Shown here piece after piece: positions 54,920-64,000 of a stretch of 64,000 nucleotides of DNA (position 1 is its first letter; the number at the start of each line of letters is the position of its first letter). The notes under the pieces were generated by a model, which saw only the letters and a list, made by a program, of their open reading frames with translations, made no database searches and was not told the DNA's origin. The translations under genes and the position numbers were made by a program. The DNA is from Nageia nagi (Eukaryota; Plantae; Pinophyta). The stretch spans positions 3,224,001-3,288,000 of the forward strand of contig JBITNC010000001.1 in assembly GCA_050084985.1 (NCBI GenBank). The letters are read 5' to 3'.

Positions 54920-56918
54920 AAAATTTAAGTTTTATAACAATTTACCAAATCGCTAGTAGCTTGCAATTCAAACAATGAGAGATAAATTTCAAAAAATTTA
55001 TAATTTTTCAATTACAAATATCACAATCTATGCAAAACTAGTTTTGGCTCTGTAAGCTTATCAATTGCATTGTGAAAATTACATTGAAATCTATTCATAA
55101 ATAAAAGAAGAGAGTGAAATAGTTCTTCTAAAATGAGAAAAATGCTTCAACTTTAGCTTTCACAAAGGACAAAAATGAGGTGCACCTTTCACCTTCAACT
55201 CCATCCAAGTGAAACCACTTCCAAAATTAGGGAAAGCAAAAAACCTATAGGTCTTCCATTTTAAGTAAAAGATTTCAAATTAAAATTATAAAACATATAA
55301 TGTATTAAAACATTTATGTTAAATAATTTTAAATATTTAGATTTTAAACTATAAAATAGTTAAAAAATTATATAATATAGTTAAAAAACTATAAAATATA
55401 ATTAAAAAACTATTCAAAATAATTAATTAATTAAAATGATCTATGTTGGATAATCAACAAGATTATTAAAATTAAAAATAATTAAAACTATATAAAACTA
55501 TATTCAAAATATAGTTGCTCAGTTTTTCTTTATATTGTTGGTCTTGTTTTTCTTCTTTATAGGTGTAAGAGTAGAAGAATGGATCCTAACAAATCTATGA
55601 ATTTCATTGATCTTATTTTGCAATGTTTGTTACAAAGATTAGAAATTCTTATGGATGAGTTATACGATAGAAGCATCGACGAGCATGTAATCTGCTTCAT
55701 CTTGGGCAACATCTCTTACATCTTTATGAGTAGTAGTAGCTTGCTCTTTGGCGCTCTTTTTCAATGAATGTTAAACCATCCAATTATTGCAATGCTCTCC
55801 AAATGAAGCTATAGTAGCATTAAACTATTCAGTGTGCGGTACTGAGAATGAATCAATGAATGGTTGAGCCTTTACTACATCAATAGCTTCTATCTAGATG
55901 GTTTTGAAGGAGCTTGTTACTGTTGCAATGGTAGATCTATGATTGGCCAAAGCCTTCTCCATTACAGTGATAAAGCCTTCAAGGAATGCCTTATTTTCTT
56001 CACATTGAATGCCCTCCAAGTGATCGCTAGGAGAGCATTTCCTTCCTCATTGTTAATGGTAACTTTGGGAGCTTTTACCATCAAACACTTTGGAAGAGTA
56101 CCATCATCCTTATGTTTGCACAATTTATTGATGTACTCAATGGACCATTCAACTTACAAAGAGTATCATTTAAATTCCTCAAAGGATGTGGAGATGAGAC
56201 AAATAATGGGCATAGGATACTTCTCAGTAACTAGAGGAGGCAATGTTCTAGCGCTATGAGATGGATGATCCACCATCTCAATGTTGCCATCAACATTGCA
56301 TAGAGGGGAGAGACATTCTTATGGATTGATTTTGCTACAAGGTTCTTATGGCTCATAGGTGTAATCTGGTTGGGCAATTATGGTGGTTGTCCTTGCATTT
56401 AGCTAGTTAGAGGTGGTGGTCATCATCATAGTTTGCTAGGGAGCGGTGATATGATGAGCAACAATGTTTTGAAGTGGTGCAATGGTGTATTGGGGAGTAT
56501 ATGGTGTTGTGGTGGAAGAGGAAAAGGAATTAATGGCATGCTAGAGCTAAAATGCTAGCATTTCAAACCTATCCATGGTGTGCTATTACATTTTTTCAAA
56601 GCAATCATTGAGAGTATAAAACCATTGATTCGTTGCATCATCAATCACATTTAGATGCTCTATCAATTGGTGTAATGCTATTCCAAACTAGCGATAGTGG
56701 AGGTTTCATACTTGCCATGTTGGGGGTTATCACAAATCATGAGGCATGCCTACCCTTCTAAAGAATGTGGTGTGGCCATCTTAGCTATCTCTATTCTCGA
56801 TCTCCCTTACTTGGGGGGAGCAGATTTCTATGTTGATCACCATGAGGAATAGAGTTCCCAGAATCAGTTTGAGGGATGATCTATTGTTGTTGATTGTTGG
56901 CCATCATGAAGAGAAGAT
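54920..56918 (-). mobile_element. PLE unit 4, internally deleted (entire RT ORF lost; ORF1 5' part 55512-56904 kept)
   Basis: The AT-rich UTR joins ORF1 sequence at TAGTT (55512-55516). Confidence 0.85.
55031..55069 (-). ncRNA. Decayed hammerhead ribozyme copy
   Basis: TGCAA TTGATAA GCTTACAGAGCC AAAAC TAGTT TTGCA. The catalytic core is mutated. Confidence 0.6.
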
Positions 56919-57027
56919 AAAATTTAAGTTTTATAAAAATTTAGCAAATCATTGGCAACTTACAATTCAAATAATGAGATAAATTTCAAAAAATTTGCAA
57001 TTTTTCAATTACAAATATCACAATCTA

Positions 57028-57067
57028 TGCAAAATAAGTTTCAGCTCTATAAGCCTCATCAGTTGCA
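57028..57067 (-). ncRNA. Hammerhead ribozyme copy (core kept, stem III altered)
   Basis: TGCAA CTGATGA GGCTTATAGAGCT GAAAC TTATT TTGCA. Confidence 0.75.
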
Positions 57068-57701
57068 TTATGAAAATTATATTGAAATTTATTCATAAAT
57101 AAGAGAGGAGAGTGAAACGATTCTTCTAAAATGAGAAAAATGCTTCAACTTCAACTCTCACAAAGGACGAAAATGAGGTACACCTTTCACCTTCAACTCC
57201 ATCCAAGTGAAACCACTTCCAAAATTAGGGAAAACAAAAAAATTATAGGTCTTCCATTTTAAGGAAAAGATTTCAAATTAAAATTATAAAACATATAATG
57301 TATTAAAACATTTATATTAAATAATTTTAAAGAATTAATTTTTAAACTATTGAATAGTTAAAAATTATATAATATAGTTAAAAAACTATAAAATATAATT
57401 AAAAAACTATTCAAAATAATTAATTAATTAAAATAATATATGTTGAATAATCAACAAGATTATTAAAATTAAAAATAATTAAAACTATATAAAACTATAT
57501 TTAAAATATAGTAAAATATAGTTAAAATTATTGAAGATAATAATTAATTCATTAATTTAAAATAATTTAAACTATTAAAATAATTAAATTTATAACTATA
57601 GAAATAGTTAAAATTATTAAACAATTTAATAATAATAATCGATACTAAGCCATAATTTTTTAAAAAATTAGAAAAATTAAGACTTAATATGAATTAATTA
57701 A

Positions 57702-59346
57702 TTATTTTTGAAATCTTCTTTTTATCATGAAAGACCTAGTTTTCTAAGATTTTGCCAGTAAATTAGAAGAGGGGGGATGCATTTCAGAGTCAAAACTTGT
57801 TGGCATCACTTGTGGAATTTAGGGTTTAGCATGACCTCCAAGTTCAAGTCCCTTGTAGAAGAGCTAAAGTCAAGCTTGAAGATAAGGGGGTCCATTTTCT
57901 CACTCTTGGAACTCTTAGGGGAAGAGAGAGCAGCTCTATTTTGTCTCCACATGAGACTTTGCTAAAACATTGAAGCAGAAATCTATTTGGATAGCCTCTT
58001 ACCTATAGTTTGAAGAAAAAATTATTTTTGAGATGAAGAAAACTAGAAGGATCCGATTCTCTCAATAGATATGTCCTCAAGTCATTGATGGCAAAAGATA
58101 TTTTCTAATGCAGTGGATGCCATGATTGGTATGGAATATACTAGTATGTGTTGAGTGGTCTTTGGAAGCATCTAGTGGAGAGAATCCATGAAGCAGCAAA
58201 GTTTACACCTTTGAAGAATGTAATATCAAATGTCCATGGTAGTCTGAGAAATTCATGGAGTGATCTTTATCTTCGAATAGATGCCTTCCTACTATGAAAG
58301 GAAGTCCTTCAACAAATCCAGGAGCTTGTCCAAATGCCAAACACATCATCCACAAAGTGTTTAAAGAATCGGAGATTAGCATCATCAATTTTTTGCAATA
58401 CCTGGCTTTCTAGATGATAAAGGAATATGCAAGCATAAACAATAGTGAAATTGGAACCCATTGCTGTACCTATAGTTTTTTTGTATATTTTCCCATCAAA
58501 TTTTAGGTAATGTTTAGTCAAAACCAATTCTGCCAGACCCATGATGAGCTCAAGCCAAGAGGCATTGAGTTCATTATCCATGATTAAGGTAGCAAGAGTA
58601 CTATGAAGTGCAAAGAGGCTAGTAGAAATAGGAATACTAGGGTATAATGACTCCACATCAAATGTGAAAAGCAAACAATCCGATGGAGATCTTATAGCAA
58701 AAACTTCATGAAAGAGGAAATGTAATTTTGAAAGGAAAGACACCATAGAATGGAAGTAATTCAATCTTTGATGTTTGGCTTGGATTGGGCTCTCCTTCAA
58801 AACCAAAATATGCACATAGTTAGACCTTTTGATAGAAAATTTTGAATTCAATGTACATAGCTTCCATGGTCATGGGTGGTGGTTGCATGATGAAAACCAA
58901 TCCCAATCCAAGAAGCTTCTTATCATCATAGCTAAGTTTCCTGGAAGAGAGATTATGGATAGCAAGATTAGTGATCCTTAAATCAATATCAATAGGAGTT
59001 TTTCTTGAGAAAAGGATGAGTGCAAAAAGCTTAAGATCAGCCACCACACCCCAAAGGTTTATGCAGAAGTGGGGGTGTTTGTAGATTACTATGCATTGCT
59101 AGCTTTCTTCTAAAAATGGTGACCATTCTTTCCATGCTTCGAGTTCTCTAGTCCATTGGTTGGATGATGTAGTGGTTTCTTTGCATTTTGGGTTGTTGTA
59201 TTACATCCCTTTGAGCCACTAGGTTGCCCAGCATATGGGGTAGGCTTCTTCCCCTTATATAAATTGCATTTTTCCTTGGAGGGCAATGGTCCAAACATAG
59301 CTAAAATGGAGTTCCTAGGAGGAGTTTCGAAGGTAACCTATTTTTT
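57702..59346 (-). pseudogene. PLE RT ORF2, unit 5, with the same ~550-bp deletion as unit 3
   Basis: ORF 58309-58851 reads FTFDVESLYPSIP...GTAMGSNF...FKHFVDDVFGIW. Deletion junction at ~58721. Confidence 0.88.
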
Positions 59347-60757
59347 AGCTGAGTTTGGTTCTACTTGCTAATTGGTGGGTTTTTCTTTGTATTATTAGTC
59401 TTATTTTTCTTCTTTGTAGCTATAGGATCAGAAGAATGGATCCCAAAAAGTATATGAATTTCATTGATATCCTTTTGCAGTGTTTATTATAGGGATTGGA
59501 AATTCTTGTGGATGAGTTGTGCGATAAAAGCATTGATGGGATCCAATCTACTTGCTCTTGGGTAGCATCTCTTACATCTTGATGAGTAGCAATAGCTTGC
59601 TCTTTGGCACTCTTTTTCAATGAATTTTGAACCATCCAATTGTTGCAATGCTCTCCAAATGAAGTTATAGTAGTAATGAACCATTCAGTGTGAGGCATTG
59701 AGAATAAATCAATGAATGGCTAAGCCTTTACTACATCAATAGCTTTTCAAAAGATGGTTTTAAAAGAGCTTGTAACTGTTGCAATGGTAAATCTATGATT
59801 GGTCAAAGCCTTGTCCATTGTAGTGATAAAGCCTTCAAGGAATACCTTTTTTGCTTCACATTGAACACCCTCCAAGTGAGTCAACAATAGAGCATTTCCT
59901 TCCTCATCATTAATGGTAACTTTGGGAGCTTTTACCATCAAACACTTTGAAAGAGTACCATCATCCTTATGTTTGCACAATTTATTAATGTACTCAATGG
60001 ATTGTTCAACCTACAAAGAGCATCATTTAAATTCCTCAAAGCATGTGGAGATGAGTGAAGTATTGGGCATAGAAAACTTTTCAGCAATTGGAGGAGGAAG
60101 TGTTCTAGCGTTATAAGATGGATGATCCACCATCTCGATGTTGCCATCAACGTTGCACAGAGGGGTGCCACATTCTTATGGCTTACTTTGGTTGTGAGGT
60201 TCTTATGGATCCTAGGTGGAATTTAGCTGGGAAACAATGGTGGTTTTCCTTGCATTTAGCTAGGCAGAAGTGGTGGTCATCATCACAATTTGCTGAGGAG
60301 TGGCAACATGATGAGCAACAACATTTTGAAGTGGTGCAATGACATGTTGGGGAGTAGATGGTGATATGGTGGAAGAGGAAAAGGAATGAATGGCATGTTG
60401 TAGCTGAAATATGAGCATTTTCAACCTATCCATGGTGTGCTATTCCATTTTTCATAGTAGTCATCAAGAGTAAAAATTGTTGATCCATTGCATCATCAAT
60501 CACATTTAGAAGCTCTAATAACTGGTGAATGCTCATTTCAGGTTAGTAAAGGTGGAGGTTGCATACCTACCTTGTTGGGGGATGTCAAAAATCATGAGGC
60601 ATGCCTACCCTTCTAATGAATATGGTGTGGTCATCTCAGCTATCTCTATTCTTGATTGCTTACTTGGGGGAAGCGGATTTCTATGTTGATCACCATGAGG
60701 AATAGAGTTCCCAGACTCAATTCGAGGGATGATCTATTATTGTTGATTGTTGGCCAT
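59059..60757 (-). pseudogene. PLE ORF1, unit 5
   Basis: ORF fragments 59110, 59420 and 59747. Confidence 0.65.
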
Positions 60758-60882
60758 AGTGAAGAGAATATAAAATTTAAGTTTTATAAAAATTTACCAA
60801 ATCACTAGCAGCTTAAAATTCAAACAAAGAGAGACAAATTTCAAAAAAATTACAATTTTTCAATTACAAATATCACAATCTA

Positions 60883-60922
60883 TGCAAAACTAGTTTCAGC
60901 TCTGTAAGCCTCATCAATTGCA
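60883..60922 (-). ncRNA. Hammerhead ribozyme copy (C3-to-U variant)
   Basis: TGCAA TTGATGA GGCTTACAGAGCT GAAAC TAGTT TTGCA. Confidence 0.75.
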
Positions 60923-61600
60923 TTGTAAAAATTACATTGAAATCAATTCATAAATAAGAGAGGAGAGTGAAATTATTCTTCCAAAATAAGAAAAATGCTT
61001 CAACTTTAGCTCTCACAAAGGATGAAAATAAGGTGCACCTTTCACCTTCAACTCCATCCCAATGAAACCACTTCCAAAATTAGGGAAAGCAAAAAAACCT
61101 ATAGGTCTTCCATTTTTAAGGAAGAGATTTCAAATTAAAATTATAAAACATATAATGTATTAAAACATTTATGTTAAATAATTTTAAATAATTATTTTTT
61201 AAACTATAGAATAGTTAAAAAAATATATAATATAGTTTAAAAACTATAAAATAACTATTCAAAATAGTTAATTAATTAAAATAATCTATGTTGGATAATC
61301 AACAAGATTATTAAAATTAAAAATAATTAAAACTATATTTAAAATATAGTAAAATATAGTTAAAATTATTAAAGATAATAATTAATTAATTAATTTAAAA
61401 TAATTTAAACTAATAAAATGGTTAAATTTATAACTATAGAAATAGTTAAAATCATTAAAAACTAATGATTATTTTCTTAAAAAGTTAAGATTTTAAAGAT
61501 TGCAAAATTTACAAAATTAAAAATTTAATAATAATAATCGATACTAAACCATAATTTTTCTAAAAATTAGAAAAATTAAGACTTAATATGAATTAATTAA

Positions 61601-63776
61601 TTATTTTTGAAATCTACTTTTTATCATGAAATACCCTAGTTTTCTAGGGTTTTGCTAGCAAATCAGAGGAGAGGGGATACATTTTAAAGCCAGAACTTAT
61701 TGGCATCACTTGTGGAGTTAAGGGTTTAGGGTGACCCCCAAGTTCAATTCCTTTATAGAATAGCTAAAGTCAAGCTTAAATATGAGGGGGGTTCATTTGC
61801 TCACTCTTGAAACTCTTAGAGGAAGAGAGAGCAGCTCTATTTTGTCTCCCCATGAGAATTTGCTAAAACATTGAAGCAAAAATTGATTTGGATAGCCTCT
61901 TGCCCATAATCTAAAGAAAAAATTCTTTTTGAGATGAAAAAAACTAGAAGGATCTAATTCTCTTAGTAGATATCTCCTCAACTCATTGATGATATAAGAT
62001 CTTTTCTGATGCAATAATTGCCACGATCGATATGGAATATACTTGTATGCATTGAGTGGTTTCTGAAAGCATCTGGTGGAGAGAATCCTTGAAGCGATAA
62101 AGTATACACCTTTGAAGAATGTAATATTTACAATTTCCATGGTATTCTAAGAAATGCATGTAGTTATCTTTATCTCCAAATAGATGCCCTTGTACTATGT
62201 AAGGAAGTCCTTTAGTGAATCTAGGGAGCTTGTCCAAATGCCAAACGCATCACCCATAAAATATTTGAAGAATAGGAGATTAGCAATATCAATGTTTTGC
62301 AATACCTAGCTTTCTAGATGATAGAGGAATATGCAAGCATAAACAACAGTGAAATTGGAATCCATTACTGTACTTCTAATTTATTTGTAGATTTCCCCAT
62401 TGAATTCCAGGTAATGTTCAATGAAAACCAATTCTGCCAAACCCATGATGAGGCCAAGAAGCGTTAAGTTCATTATCTATGATGAAGGTAATAAGATTAC
62501 TATGAAGTGTGAAGAGGCTAGCAAAAATAGGAATATTGGGGTACAATGACTCCACATTGAATGTGAAAAGAAAATAATTGGATGGAGCTCTTATAGCAAA
62601 AACTTTGCACAAGAGGGAAATGGAATCAACCAAATGTGTTTTCTACTTTAGGAGTACAAGTAATAAGTAATGAAGGATTTTTTATGTAGGTTTTAGAATG
62701 TAGCTAGAGTAGGAGCAAATTGGTATTCCTACCAAAATTGGCTTGTGAATTTTGGGTAATAGAAAAAATGTGCATGGATGACCTTTAGAAGGAAGGTTCT
62801 TGAGCAAGAAATTCTTGATTGGTTTAAGGAATTCAAAGTTACCAATGAAGAAATTTAACTTGTTATAGATTATTCTCAATGGAACCTTAGGAATTTTAAT
62901 GTAGACTACAACATCTAATAGTTATCTTAAGCCTTTAGTAGTATACTAGGATCTATATAGGATGCAGAGGCCTACATTCTTATCTGCAAAATTTATGATG
63001 ATGGTGGTGTCTTTGTGTAGCAGCTTTAAACTCTTAAGAAGCCGTTATGGGAGAGAGGGGAGTTTGGTAAAAGAGCATTTAGAAAATACCTATTTAAACT
63101 CCCTTTCACTCTTTAGAATAATGGCTTCCAAATCATGGTTCATCTCAAGTGAATTCCACATGGATTTTGGAATTTTGAAAGGAAAGACACCATAGAATGG
63201 AAGTAATTCAATCCTAGATGTTGGCTTGGACTGGGCTCTCCTAAAGAACCAAAATATGCATGTAGTTAGAGCTTTAGATAGAAAATTTTGAATTCAATGT
63301 GCATAGCTTCCATGGTCATGGGTGGTGGCTACGTGATGAACTTCACTCCCAGTTCAAGAAGATTCTTGTCATCGTAGTTGAGTTTCTTGCAAGAAAAATT
63401 ATGGATAGCAGGATTAGTTATCCTCAAATCAATATCAGTAGGAGTTTTTCTTCAGCAAAGGATGAGAGAAAAAAGCTTGGGATTGGCCACCATTCCCAAG
63501 AGGTTCATGTGGAAGTAGGGGCATTTGCAAATGGTTATGCATTACTGGCTTTCTTTTGAAAATGGTGGCCATTCTTTCCATGCTTTGAATTCATTTGTGC
63601 ATTGCTTTGTTTGCATTTTTGGTTACTAGATTGCTTCCCTTTGAGCCACCAAGTTGCTTAACAGATGGGGTAGGCTTCTTACCCTTGCAAAAATTGCATT
63701 TTTCCTTAAACGGAAACAGTCCAGAGATAGATGAAATGGAGTTCTAGGGAGGAGTTTTGAGGTAACCCCATTTTTT
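61601..63776 (-). pseudogene. PLE RT ORF2, unit 6
   Basis: FFLLPKIHKPILVG, FNVESLYPNIP, QKPLNAY.YIPYRSW, FFRLWARGYP. Confidence 0.88.
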
Positions 63777-64000
63777 GGTTGAGTTTGGTTCTACTTGCTA
63801 GTTGCTCAATTTTTCTTTATATTGTTGGTCTTATTTTTCTTCTTTATAGGTGTAGGAGTAGAAGAATGGATCCTAACAAATTTATGAATTTCATTGATCT
63901 CCTTCTACAATGTTTGTTACAGAGATTGGAAAATCTTATGGATGAGTTGTGCGATAGAAGCATCGATAAGCATCTAATCTACTTCATCTTGGGCAGCATC

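Larger units (their letters stand above)
42160..64000 (-). mobile_element. Head-to-tail tandem array of endonuclease-deficient Penelope-like retroelements (>=6 units, continues past window end)
   Basis: Landmark AAAATTTAAGTTTTATAAAAATTTACCAAATC recurs at ~42160, 46601, 51036, 54920, 56919 and 60772. Unit sizes are ~4.44, 4.44, 3.88, 2.0, 3.85 and >3.2 kb. Units carry PLE-type RT motifs and hammerheads. Confidence 0.9.

Noticed and set aside
45259-63559. Recurrent plus-strand ORFs in the array (e.g. MVTLGAFTIKHFERVPSS, 50845-51156, 55864-56259)
   Set aside because: They are antisense shadows of ORF1/ORF2 and recur only because the unit is repeated.

Overview
AT-rich, CpG-depleted plant nuclear DNA, probably gymnosperm-like. 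That placement is an inference from TTTAGGG repeats, iMet-tRNA primer sites and PLS-type PPR fragments. No intact host gene is visible. Bases 1-41.7 kb are a nest of decayed LTR retrotransposons. These include a 5.5-kb solo LTR (4974-10465, +) and a related large minus-strand element (~11426-31833) with a 5.7-kb LTR. Both long LTRs carry antisense PPR-gene fragments. A Ty3/gypsy (11918-18016, -) and a Ty1/copia (20499-25978, +) are nested inside the large element. The most notable part is 41716-64000. A short plant telomere tract, TAGGG(TTTAGGG)2TTTAGG, is fused to about 25 copies of a 17-mer. These are followed by a head-to-tail array of at least 6 endonuclease-less Penelope-like retroelements (PLEs; ~4.4-kb unit, minus strand). 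A full unit has ORF1, an overlapping RT ORF that stops before any GIY-YIG domain, an internal (CCCTAAA)2 motif, an AT-rich 3' UTR and a minimal type I hammerhead ribozyme. The 17-mer occurs as a 1.5-repeat, telomerase-template-like motif in each element's leader. This suggests telomere-primed, reiterative reverse transcription by the PLE RT. All copies are now mutated. Coordinates were read by eye and may be off by a few bases.
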